NCBI GenBank assembly: GCA_001443395.1
Contig: LDXK01000003.1
Span: 33,182 to 86,093 of the forward strand
Length of the DNA stretch: 52,912 bases
From: a candidate division WWE3 bacterium CSP1-7
GTDB lineage: Bacteria; Patescibacteriota; WWE3; 9FT-COMBO-53-11
Direction: 5' to 3'
Shown here: one piece after another, positions 23,809 to 32,411 of the stretch
How positions within the stretch are numbered: position 1 is the stretch's first letter
Layout of the letters: each line of letters begins with the position of its first letter
The notes under the pieces: generated by a model
What the model was told of the DNA's origin: nothing
Databases searched by the model: none
What the model saw: the letters and a program-made list of their open reading frames with translations, nothing else
Position numbers and translations under genes: made by a program

Positions 23809-24048
23809 GGCTAGGTAGCTCATCCGGTTAGAGCGCCGCCCTCATATCGGCATCCGCCGGAGGCGGATACGCGATCTATCTTGAGAATCGCCAATCGGCG
23901 ATGTAGCTCAACGGTAAAGCATGGCCCTCATAAAGCCGAGACGGTGGTTCGACTCCACCCATCGCCACCACGCCGATAGATCGCTCCGCTTCCCGCGGAG
24001 CAAGATATAAAGCGGAGGTAGTCGGTTCGATTCCGACCCTAGCCACCA
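23809..24048 (+). tRNA. Interrupted tRNA (CAT), elongator-Met-like: exon 1 23809-23846, 163-nt insert, exon 2 24010-24048
   Basis: GGCTAGG-TA-GCTC..GAGC-G-CCGCC-CTCATA // A-AGCGG-AGGTA-GTCGG-TTCGATT-CCGAC-CCTAGCC-A-CCA. The halves form a cloverleaf only if 23847-24009 is removed. Confidence 0.6.
23897..23970 (+). tRNA. tRNA (CAT; Met or Ile2-type), complete, inside the insert of the preceding tRNA
   Basis: Acceptor GGCGATG/CATCGCC, D arm GCTC-AACGGTAA-AGC, anticodon arm TGGCC-CTCATAA-AGCCG, T arm GGTGG-TTCGACT-CCACC, A, CCA. Confidence 0.85.
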
Positions 24049-24108
24049 TCAGAATCCCACCTTTGATCTTTCCCTTTGGACTGGTTCGAGTGCTATCATT
24101 TCTCTGTT

Positions 24109-25113
24109 ATGGAAAAGAAAAGAGTTTTAACTGGCGATCGGCCGACCGGTCCGCTTCACCTCGGTCACTATGTTGGGACCCTCAAAGCCCGCCTGGAGCT
24201 GCAGGAGCAGGGGAATGAGGTCTTTATCCTCGTGGCGGACTACCACACTCTCACTCGCGGCATCAGCAAGGAAAAAACAGCCCAAATAAAGGTCAACACT
24301 AACGAACTCTTGTTGGATTATTTGGCGGTGGGTTTGGATCCTAAAAAGATAACCATCTATCGGCAGTCCGATATTCCCGCGGTCGCCGAGTTAGCACTTA
24401 TTTTCGGGATGTTAGTGACCGTACCGCGCCTCTCCCGGGTCCCGACTCTCAAGGAAGTGATGCGGGATGAGAAGATTGAAATTCCCTCCTTCGGACTCCT
24501 AGGTTATCCGGTCCTTCAGGCGGCGGACATTGCGCTGGTAAAGGGGGAGCTGGTTCCTGTGGGGAAGGATCAATCATCTCATTTGGAGGTGACGCGGGAG
24601 ATCATCCATCGGTTCAATAGCGAATTCGGCGAGGTCTTCCCCGAGCCGGAAGCCTTGGTCAGGGGTGACGTTCTTCCTGGCACCGACGGCAAAGCAAAGA
24701 TGAGTAAATCCCTCGGCAATGCGATTATGCTTTCCGACGACGAGAAAACGGTAAAGGGAAAGGTGATGGGAATGTACACCGATCCGACCCGGATCCGACC
24801 GACTGACCCCGGCCACATTGAAGGGAATCCGGTCTTCGCCTATCTTGATTCAATTGATTCTTCCAAAGATAAAGTGGCTGATCTCAAAGAGCGCTACCAA
24901 AAGGGGACGGTCGGAGATGTTGAGGTTAAAGAGTATTTGGCGAGGATCCTGAACGAATTTTTGAATCCGATTCGAGAGCGAAGGCAAGAATTTTCCAAAA
25001 ATGCTAACCTAGACGAGATCCTCGAGGCCGGTCGGGATAAGGTTTTGCCGATCGCGCAAGAAACTCTTGCCCAGGTAAGGAAAGCAATCGGAATCGGACG
25101 GCTCACTGCGTGA
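24109..25113 (+). CDS. trpS: Tryptophan--tRNA ligase
   Basis: HLGH (TGPLHLGHYVG) and KMSKS motifs; start moved to ATG 24109 (MEKKRVLTGDRPTG). Confidence 0.9.
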   Translation: MEKKRVLTGDRPTGPLHLGHYVGTLKARLELQEQGNEVFILVADYHTLTRGISKEKTAQIKVNTNELLLDYLAVGLDPKKITIYRQSDIPAVAELALIFGMLVTVPRLSRVPTLKEVMRDEKIEIPSFGLLGYPVLQAADIALVKGELVPVGKDQSSHLEVTREIIHRFNSEFGEVFPEPEALVRGDVLPGTDGKAKMSKSLGNAIMLSDDEKTVKGKVMGMYTDPTRIRPTDPGHIEGNPVFAYLDSIDSSKDKVADLKERYQKGTVGDVEVKEYLARILNEFLNPIRERRQEFSKNANLDEILEAGRDKVLPIAQETLAQVRKAIGIGRLTA

Positions 25114-25169
25114 ACCTAGATTCGGCGAATGGCCGAATAACGGCCAAGCGAAACGACCTAGCAATTTAG
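25096..25169 (+). repeat. Stop-codon-spanning repeat, family 2 (copy at the trpS 3' end)
   Basis: GGACGGCTCACTGCGTGAACCTAGATT...AACGGCCAAGCGAAACGACCTAGCAATTTAG aligns over about 75 nt with 38064-38135. Confidence 0.8.
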
Positions 25170-25190
25170 CTCGCTAAATTGAGTAAAAAT

Positions 25191-27023
25191 ATGGAACAAA
25201 AACGGATGCCCTCAAATCTGAAAAGTCCCTTGCCAAAAGTGCCGACAAAAGTTGGTTTTATCCAGGGGTTATTTCTGGTTTTGCTGATTGGCCTGGTAAT
25301 CTGGTCTTTCCTTACCCCGCTCTCTCAGCCGGTGGAGCTGCCGATCTCCGAGGTCCTGACCAGGGTCAAGAGCGAAGAGGTGAAGAAAATCGTGGTGGAA
25401 GGAACGAAACTGCAGGTCACCTTCAAATCAGGAGCGGAGGCCATCTCCACTCTGGAGACGGGAACGGTGTTTCTGGACACTCTCACCCAGGCGGGAATCG
25501 ACCCGGCCCTGGTGACGGAAGGGATTCTGGTTCAAGAGGGTTTCCCTTGGGCCAGAATTCTCATCGACCTGCTGCCGGTTTTTGCCATCGCAATTCTGTT
25601 CTTCTTTTTCCTCCGCCAGGCGCGCGGCGGCACCAACGATATTCTTTCTTTCGGCCGTTCGCGGGCGGAACTCTTCGTCCGCAACCGGAAGTCACGGGTG
25701 ACTTTTTCTGATGTGGCCGGAGTGGACGAGGCCAAACGGGAACTCGAGGAAGTGGTGGATTTTCTTAAGAATCCTGGCAAGTACCGGGCGCTGGGAGCGC
25801 GGATTCCTAAGGGAGTTTTGCTCGTCGGGCCGGCCGGTACAGGAAAGACACTGATGGCGCGGGCGGTGGCCGGTGAGGCTAATGTGGTTTTCTACTCGAT
25901 GTCCGGGAGCGAATTTATGGAGATGTTGGTGGGAGTGGGTGCGGCGCGGGTGCGGGACCTTTTTGACACCGCCAAGCGCAACGCCCCGGCGATTATTTTC
26001 ATTGACGAAATCGAGTCGATTGGCCGCCAACGGGGGTCGAGCATGACCGGTGGGCACGAGGAAAGGGAGCAGACTCTCAACCAGATTCTATCCGAGATGG
26101 ACGGTTTTACTCCCACCGACAACGTGATTGTCCTAGCCGCGACCAATCGCCCCGAACTGTTGGATCCGGCGCTGACCCGCCCGGGCCGTTTCGATCGGCG
26201 GGTGGTTTTGGATCTGCCCGATATCGAAGGTCGGAAGGAGATCTTCAAGATCCACATGCGCGGAAAGCCGATGGGACCGGACGTCGATCTGGATAAAATT
26301 GCGAAGCGCACGGTTGGTTTCTCGGGAGCCGATATTGAAAACATGCTCAACGAAGCGGCGATCTTAGCCGCTACTTTGAATAAAAAGGCGGTCGGAATGC
26401 CCGATTTGGAAGAAGCGGCAACCAGAGTTAAGCTCGGGCCGGAAAAGAAACGCCTCCAGTCGCCGGAAGAGCGCCGGATGACCGCCTATCATGAGGCCGG
26501 GCACGCGATTGTCGCCTCCCAACTCCCCCACATGGATCCGGTCCACCGCGTCAGCATTGTTTCTCGGGGGTTGGCGCTGGGATTCACTGAGATTCCGCCG
26601 GCGACGGACCGCTACCATCACACCAAGACCGAGCTCCTGGAACGGGTGACTTCTCTCCTGGGTGGGCGGGCGGCTGAAGAAGTCATTTTCAAAGAGTTCA
26701 GCGCCGGGGCGTCTTCCGATCTCGCTCAGGCGACGATGATCGTGCGGAAGATGGTGATGGAGCTGGGAATGTCCATCCTCGGACCAATCTCTCTTGCTTC
26801 CGGGGAGATGGAGTGGTATGGAGTTTCGCATGAGCAGGGAAATTTCATTTCCGAAGAAATGGCGGGGAAGGTTGATCGGGAAGTCGTTAAGATCTTGGGA
26901 GAGGCTTACGCCCAAGCCAAGAAAGTCTTGGAAAAGAATCTCCCCAGGATGGAAAAGGTGACCGACGCTCTCCTAGAGAAAGAAACTCTGGACGAGGAAG
27001 AATTCCGCAAGCTCGTCGGCTAG
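25191..27023 (+). CDS. ftsH: ATP-dependent zinc metalloprotease FtsH
   Basis: Walker [12 protein letters not shown] region, HEAGHA zinc site; start taken at ATG 25191. Confidence 0.95.
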   Translation: MEQKRMPSNLKSPLPKVPTKVGFIQGLFLVLLIGLVIWSFLTPLSQPVELPISEVLTRVKSEEVKKIVVEGTKLQVTFKSGAEAISTLETGTVFLDTLTQAGIDPALVTEGILVQEGFPWARILIDLLPVFAIAILFFFFLRQARGGTNDILSFGRSRAELFVRNRKSRVTFSDVAGVDEAKRELEEVVDFLKNPGKYRALGARIPKGVLLVGPAGTGKTLMARAVAGEANVVFYSMSGSEFMEMLVGVGAARVRDLFDTAKRNAPAIIFIDEIESIGRQRGSSMTGGHEEREQTLNQILSEMDGFTPTDNVIVLAATNRPELLDPALTRPGRFDRRVVLDLPDIEGRKEIFKIHMRGKPMGPDVDLDKIAKRTVGFSGADIENMLNEAAILAATLNKKAVGMPDLEEAATRVKLGPEKKRLQSPEERRMTAYHEAGHAIVASQLPHMDPVHRVSIVSRGLALGFTEIPPATDRYHHTKTELLERVTSLLGGRAAEEVIFKEFSAGASSDLAQATMIVRKMVMELGMSILGPISLASGEMEWYGVSHEQGNFISEEMAGKVDREVVKILGEAYAQAKKVLEKNLPRMEKVTDALLEKETLDEEEFRKLVG

Positions 27024-27088
27024 CGGATCGGTTCAGATAATCGTATTTCAATCTGCTCATTTAACTGAGCCGATGAACCGATAAAAAT

Positions 27089-28006
27089 ATGAACCGATTA
27101 GTACTAATCGATACTCTCAATTTCTTCCACCGGGCTTTTCATGCTTATCCTCCCCAGTTAACGACGCTCCAGGGCGAATCGATCAATGCGGTCTACGGTT
27201 TCGCCACAATGCTTTTTAATCTTGGAGTGGAGTTGAAGCCGACCCACCTTGCCGTCGCCTACGAATCAGAAAAGGAACCGACTTTTCGGGTTTTGGAATT
27301 CCCCGCTTACAAAGCGACCCGGGTGCCTCTTCCTCCAGAAGAACAGGTCCAATTTGACTCCCAGCTCCCGCTTCTGGGAGAGTTCCTCGCCGCCGCCAAG
27401 ATTACGGCGCTGCGAGCGGAGGGATTTGAAGCCGACGATCTGATCGGGACCGCCGTTCACCAACTTCCCTCGGATACCGAGGCCGTCGTCGCTTCCAACG
27501 ACCGGGATCTGACTCAGTTGATTAGTCCCCGGGTCCATTTCTACCTTCCCGCTGTTGGCAGCAAGCAGAAGGCGAAGCTCTACGGGGAGAAGGAGTTCTT
27601 TGAAGAGTACGGCTTCCCGCCCGCGCAGATGGTCGATTACAAGGCCCTTCGAGGAGATCCTTCCGACAACATCCCCGGAGTGCGGGGGATCGGAGAGAAA
27701 ACCGCAGCGGAACTGGTGAAGAGGTACGGAACGGTGGCGGATATTTACAAGCACATTCTGGAAATCAGACCCGCCGTTGCCCAGAAGCTCGCCGACGGCA
27801 AGAAGGAGGCCGAGCTCTCTTACAAGTTGGCAACGATTGTGACTGACGCCCCGGTCAAGATCGATTATGAGAAGCTTCGTTTCTTAGGGTTTGACCGGCC
27901 GGAAGTGCACGCCCTTTTCGAGAGGTGGGGATTCCGGTCTCTCCTGAAAAAGATGGCCGGAGAGGAACCGGTACCGGACAATAAAGACCAAATGAAGCTG
28001 CTATGA
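27089..28006 (+). CDS. Stand-alone 5'-3' exonuclease (Pol I N-terminal / FEN-like, H3TH)
   Basis: LIDTLNFFHRAFHA..., ...DDLIGT..., GDPSDNIPGVRGIGEKTA (H3TH); 305 aa with no polymerase domain. Confidence 0.85.
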   Translation: MNRLVLIDTLNFFHRAFHAYPPQLTTLQGESINAVYGFATMLFNLGVELKPTHLAVAYESEKEPTFRVLEFPAYKATRVPLPPEEQVQFDSQLPLLGEFLAAAKITALRAEGFEADDLIGTAVHQLPSDTEAVVASNDRDLTQLISPRVHFYLPAVGSKQKAKLYGEKEFFEEYGFPPAQMVDYKALRGDPSDNIPGVRGIGEKTAAELVKRYGTVADIYKHILEIRPAVAQKLADGKKEAELSYKLATIVTDAPVKIDYEKLRFLGFDRPEVHALFERWGFRSLLKKMAGEEPVPDNKDQMKLL

Positions 28007-29100
28007 AGATTGCGCTAGTGCATGATTTCCTAGATCAATATGGGGGAGCGGAGCGGGTGTTGGAAGCGATTCACGAGATCTTTCCCTACGCTCACGTCTA
28101 CACTAGCCGACACGATCCGACCAAGCTTCCGTTGCGAATGCGGAACTGGGACATCCGTCCTTTTAAACTTCCCAAACTCCCCCTGGCGCATTTTCTGAAG
28201 TACTACACCGCCTTTTACCCCTTTCTCTTTGAGAACTTGGATCTACGGGAGTACGACCTGGTAATTTCCTCGACCGCTTTTTTTGCCAAAGGGGTACTGG
28301 TGCGGCCGGGAGCGGTTCACATCTCATACATCCACACCCCGCCCCGGTTTCTCTACCATTACCGAGCCGAGACGGGGAAGCGAGAGCTACTTTTCTATCG
28401 GCCGATTCTGGCGCTGTTAGACAATTTCTTCCGGATTTGGGATTACCGGGCCGCCCAGCGCCCGGATTTCATTGTGGTGAATTCTCGGGAGGTTGCCCGG
28501 CGGGTGAAGAAGTTTTACGGTCGAGAAGCGACCGTGATCTATCCTCCCGTGGAACTCCCTAATCAACCAAAAAACCAATCAACAAAACAACCCAAAAACC
28601 AGTTCTACTACCTCGTTGTCTCTCGGCTTTTAGGTTATAAACGAATTGACCTTGCGATTAGGGCGGCAAATGAGCTCCGAGTCCCACTCAAGATTATCGG
28701 TACGGGGAGGGAAGAAACACGGTTGAAAAGAATGGCCGGATCGACCGTGGAGTTCTTAGGTTTCTTGAGTGACGAAAAGATATCAGAACTTTATCTAGGT
28801 TGCCAAGCTCTTATTTTTCCCACAGATGAGGACTTTGGAATCGTACCAGTTGAAGCGATGTCTTTTGGCAAACCAGTGATTGCGTTTGCGAAGGGGGGTG
28901 CATTGGAGACGGTAATCGCTGGAAAAACCGGTGAATTCTTCAAAGAACCGACCATGGATTCTCTGATCGAAGTTTGGCGTAGCTTTGATCCTTCCAACTA
29001 CAAAGCAAAGGACTGCATCACGCAGGCGAAGAAATTCTCCAAGGAACGATTCCTCAAAGAGTTCTATAATTTCATAGAATCAAAAATAGATCATGCCTGA
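28003..29100 (+). CDS. Glycosyltransferase family 4 (GT-B fold)
   Basis: MKIALVHDFLDQYGGAERV... and C-terminal E..FGIVPVEAM..G.PVIA motif; 4-nt overlap with the previous gene. Confidence 0.8.
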   Translation: MKIALVHDFLDQYGGAERVLEAIHEIFPYAHVYTSRHDPTKLPLRMRNWDIRPFKLPKLPLAHFLKYYTAFYPFLFENLDLREYDLVISSTAFFAKGVLVRPGAVHISYIHTPPRFLYHYRAETGKRELLFYRPILALLDNFFRIWDYRAAQRPDFIVVNSREVARRVKKFYGREATVIYPPVELPNQPKNQSTKQPKNQFYYLVVSRLLGYKRIDLAIRAANELRVPLKIIGTGREETRLKRMAGSTVEFLGFLSDEKISELYLGCQALIFPTDEDFGIVPVEAMSFGKPVIAFAKGGALETVIAGKTGEFFKEPTMDSLIEVWRSFDPSNYKAKDCITQAKKFSKERFLKEFYNFIESKIDHA

Positions 29101-29923
29101 ACTACCGGAGGTTGAAACGATCCGAAAACAACTCAATAAAGAAGTCGCCGGTCTTTCCGTTGTCGATATCTGGACCGACGCTCCAAAGATGATCAGGCCG
29201 TCCCAGAGGGAGGTTCTCAAGCGCACCAAAGGGCAGAGAGTCACGGCCGTGGAGCGGCGGGGAAAGCTTTTGATTTTTCGCCTTGCTGGAAAGGAAAACC
29301 TCGTTCTTCATCTCCGGCTTTCCGGCCAGTTGTTTCTCCACAAACCGAATGACTCTCGCGACCCGTTTCTCCACGTGATTATTAAACTCTCCAACGGCAA
29401 AGAATTGCGCTTCAACGACCAGCGGAAATTTGGCTACATAAGTTTGGTGGCATCGGACGAGGATCTGGAGAAAATCGTGGCGGGATACGGCCCGGAGCCG
29501 TTTGCCGATCTGACCCTCGAGAAATTCTCCGCCGCATTAAAGAGATCCGGCCGGGCGATCAAAGTTCTCTTGCTTGATCAGAAAGCAGTCTCGGGGATCG
29601 GCAACATTTACGCCAACGAGGCGCTCTGGTTGGCGAAGATTCATCCGGAGGCAAAATCCTCTTCCATCTCCGATTCTCAGATCAAAAGCCTATACGAAGC
29701 GGTGCTGAAGGTTTTGGAGGATGGATTGCGTTTGGGCGGAGCGACCATTGCCGATGACAAGTACCGCAACCTCTACGGCGAGCGGGGAAATTACGCCCAG
29801 GTGGTGCGGGTCTACCAACGAAAAGGCCAACCTTGTCAGCGATGCGGACATAAGATAGAGTATCTTAGAGTTGGGCAGAGAGGAACGTTTGTCTGTTCGA
29901 ACTGTCAACGCCTAAATACTTAA
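29093..29923 (+). CDS. mutM: Formamidopyrimidine-DNA glycosylase
   Basis: N-terminal MPELPEVE, H2TH region, C-terminal zinc finger CQRCG...CSNCQ. Confidence 0.9.
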   Translation: MPELPEVETIRKQLNKEVAGLSVVDIWTDAPKMIRPSQREVLKRTKGQRVTAVERRGKLLIFRLAGKENLVLHLRLSGQLFLHKPNDSRDPFLHVIIKLSNGKELRFNDQRKFGYISLVASDEDLEKIVAGYGPEPFADLTLEKFSAALKRSGRAIKVLLLDQKAVSGIGNIYANEALWLAKIHPEAKSSSISDSQIKSLYEAVLKVLEDGLRLGGATIADDKYRNLYGERGNYAQVVRVYQRKGQPCQRCGHKIEYLRVGQRGTFVCSNCQRLNT

Positions 29924-29951
29924 AAACCTATCCCGAGAGGAGGAGATAATC

Positions 29952-31082
29952 GTGGAGACTTTTTCGCCGATCCTGGCGCAATCCTATGCGCTGGCGGTGG
30001 CCGAACTTCGCACCTGCTACGATGAGCGCGGTATTGTTGCCGGCCGCCACCAATACGATGACTACTGGACGAGGGATGCCGGGTTTGCCTGGATGGCCGC
30101 TCTAGAACTGGGTGATTGGCAAGTAGCTCAAAGGCACCTGGAATTCCTATCTCGGCTACAGCGTAGGGACGGGATGATTCCCTTTCTCATTCGGCGGCAT
30201 CTCTCTCCGTTCGCGATGTGGGACATTAAGATCAGGATCCCGCCCCGGCCGAAATTCCGCAGCCACAAATCGCTGTTTCTTTCGGAAGTAATTGACAGCA
30301 ATCCCTGGTTTGCGATTGGACTGGCCGACTTGGTGGCGCATACCCGGGAAGCTTTTTTGCTTACCGACCTGATTGCCCATATCTATCCCGCTTTGGGTTG
30401 GTGTTTGGGAAAAGTAGGGCCGGACGGTTTGGTGAGGGAAGGAATCCTGGCTGGTTGGAACGACGGTATCTTGAAATCCGGGCGAACCCTGCTCAACAAC
30501 GTAATCTTCTATCAGGCTTTCAACCGGTGGAGCGGTCTTGATCCCGATTTTTCCACCGCCGCTCGGGGAATCAAGGAAGCTCTGCAGCGGGATTTCTTTA
30601 ACGGCCATTACTTCATCGACTGGATTAATCGAAGGCCCCACAACTACTTCGATAGCAACGCCAACTTTCTCGCGATTCTCTGGGGCGTGGCGGACCAATA
30701 CCAAGCCGATCGGATCATGGACTTCGCGTTCGAGAACCTGCTCGATCCTCCTCTGGTGAAGCTGGTTCATCCGCGCTATCGCCCTGGACTGATCGATCCC
30801 GCGAATCGCTTGCTCAGGGTGGCGGACTACTCCGATGGTCGTCTCTACTGGCTGGATACGGCTTGCCTCTTCGTTCTGGCCCTGGAAAAGATGGGGCGGA
30901 AGAGGGAAGCGGAAGATTTTCTGTTCTGTTTGGCGAGTTTAGTCATCAAACACGGCGGCGTCTATGAGATCTACGATCGGAGTTTCCAGCCGGTCCGGCG
31001 TTGGAACTGCCGAGCCGAGCATCCCTTCGCTCGTTCCGCGGGACTGTTCGCCCTCGCTTGCCGGAAATTAGGATTGGTTTAA
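29952..31082 (+). CDS. (alpha/alpha)6-barrel glycoside hydrolase, glycogen-debranching (GDE_C)-like
   Basis: GTG start; ...DDYWTRDAGFAWMAALELGDW... and overall pattern resemble amylo-alpha-1,6-glucosidase-like proteins; assignment approximate. Confidence 0.5.
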   Translation: METFSPILAQSYALAVAELRTCYDERGIVAGRHQYDDYWTRDAGFAWMAALELGDWQVAQRHLEFLSRLQRRDGMIPFLIRRHLSPFAMWDIKIRIPPRPKFRSHKSLFLSEVIDSNPWFAIGLADLVAHTREAFLLTDLIAHIYPALGWCLGKVGPDGLVREGILAGWNDGILKSGRTLLNNVIFYQAFNRWSGLDPDFSTAARGIKEALQRDFFNGHYFIDWINRRPHNYFDSNANFLAILWGVADQYQADRIMDFAFENLLDPPLVKLVHPRYRPGLIDPANRLLRVADYSDGRLYWLDTACLFVLALEKMGRKREAEDFLFCLASLVIKHGGVYEIYDRSFQPVRRWNCRAEHPFARSAGLFALACRKLGLV

Positions 31083-31147
31083 GCCAAGTTGGATCCCCAG
31101 CTTGGCTTTTTTCTCTCTCCAGGCGTGCTAGATTTAATCTTGTTGCG

Positions 31148-32161
31148 ATGTTGATTAAGAAAATTTCCCTCGAAAACTTTCGAAGCTATCCCAAAAAAGA
31201 GTTTGAGTTCAAAGAAGGAGTCAACCTGGTGGTCGGCCCCAACACCGCCGGCAAGAGCAATCTTCTGGAGGCTGTTTTCCTGATTGCTTTTGGCAAATCA
31301 CCGCGGGCCGATCTGGATCGCGAGATGGTCCGGGGGGAGGAGAAGCTGGGTTTCGTTCGTGCGATCGTTACGGGAAGCGACGACCGGGATTTGGAGGTGG
31401 TGCTGACCGAAACCGGCAAGCGTTTTCGGGTGAACGGGGTCGGTCGGCGCCTGGCCGATTTCTCTCAGCACTTCCACGTGGTGATGTTTTCTCCCGAAGA
31501 TCTTAATCTCGTCACCGGTACTCCCGACCGGCGCCGGCGGTTTATCGATTTCGCGCTGGGGAGCGTTGACCCTCGCTACGCCCGCGCTTCGACCGAATTT
31601 GACCAAGTCCGCAAACGCCGGAATCGGCTCTTGGAGCAGATCAACAAGAGTTTTGCTTCGGAGGAAGAGTTGGGTTTTTGGGACGCCAAATTTCTGGAGC
31701 ACGGTACTCTTCTGCAGGATAAGCGGAAAGAATTTTTCAACGAAATCAATCAAGAGCTTGGAACTGAAAAAATGGAGCTCGGCTACCAACCTTCTGGATT
31801 GACAGCGGATCGGCTTTTGGAGTATCGGCCGCGCGAAATCGCGGCGGAAACTTCCTTGATCGGCCCGCACCGGGACGATTTTACATTTGAGATTGGAGAG
31901 CGCGATCTTGCGGCCTACGGTTCTCGGGGCGAGCAGCGTAAAGCGGTGCTGGCACTGAAGGAAGCTGAGCTGCGCTTTGCGGAGAAGAAGATCGAGAACC
32001 GGCCGGTTTTACTCTTGGACGACATCTTTTCCGAACTGGACGAAGAAAATCGCGCCCGGGTTTTTGATTTGATCGGTGAGGGCCAGACGATTATCACTAC
32101 GACCGATCTCAACCACATTCCCGCTTCTCTTCAAAAAGGTCTTTCGGTAATCCGGCTCTAA
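31148..32161 (+). CDS. recF: DNA replication and repair protein RecF
   Basis: Start at ATG 31148: MLIKKISLENFRSYPKKEFEF..GVNLVVGPNTAGKSNLLEA (Walker A); C-terminal LLLDDIFSELD. Confidence 0.9.
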   Translation: MLIKKISLENFRSYPKKEFEFKEGVNLVVGPNTAGKSNLLEAVFLIAFGKSPRADLDREMVRGEEKLGFVRAIVTGSDDRDLEVVLTETGKRFRVNGVGRRLADFSQHFHVVMFSPEDLNLVTGTPDRRRRFIDFALGSVDPRYARASTEFDQVRKRRNRLLEQINKSFASEEELGFWDAKFLEHGTLLQDKRKEFFNEINQELGTEKMELGYQPSGLTADRLLEYRPREIAAETSLIGPHRDDFTFEIGERDLAAYGSRGEQRKAVLALKEAELRFAEKKIENRPVLLLDDIFSELDEENRARVFDLIGEGQTIITTTDLNHIPASLQKGLSVIRL

Positions 32162-32166
32162 ATTAA

Positions 32167-32193
32167 AAAGCGAAGATTATTTATCTTCGCTTT
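32167..32193. terminator. Bidirectional hairpin terminator
   Basis: 11-bp stem AAAGCGAAGAT (32167-32177) / ATCTTCGCTTT (32183-32193); T-run on the minus strand, short T-run on the plus strand. Confidence 0.7.
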
Positions 32194-32321
32194 GAGGTTG
32201 CGAACAAGACCAGGGTGGCAACTCCCATGTTCCCGTAGAAGTAGAGGTTTTTCAATAGCTCATAGACCGCGAGTCCGATGATTAGAATTACCATAATCAG
32301 GACGGCGAGGGCGTTCCGCAT
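32181..32321 (-). CDS. Small membrane protein (46 aa), not in the ORF track
   Basis: My translation MRNALAVLIMVILIIGLAVYELLKNLYFYGNMGVATLVLFATSKRR*; RBS AGAGGAGGAAAC; extended -10 TGGTATGAT on the minus strand at 32352-32360. Confidence 0.55.
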   Translation of the reverse strand: MRNALAVLIMVILIIGLAVYELLKNLYFYGNMGVATLVLFATSKRR

Positions 32322-32411
32322 GTTTCCTCCTCTTTCGATTTTTCTGATTCAAATCATACCATGCGACTATGGGATTTCAACCGTTTCATCGGTTAAGCTA
32401 ACATATAAGCG

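Noticed and set aside
23847-24009. Interpreting the insert in the outer tRNA as a group I intron or an archaeal bulge-helix-bulge intron
   Set aside because: - **Group I.** After subtracting the embedded 74-nt tRNA only about 89 nt remain, too little for a group I core. The insert does not end in G.
- **BHB.** The sequence around the junctions forms a continuous ATATC/GATAT helix rather than two 3-nt bulges separated by 4 bp.

The removal mechanism is therefore left open.
24049-24108. T-box or other leader riboswitch upstream of trpS
   Set aside because: Only 60 nt separate the last tRNA from the trpS ATG, too short for a T-box. No specifier or antiterminator structure is seen.
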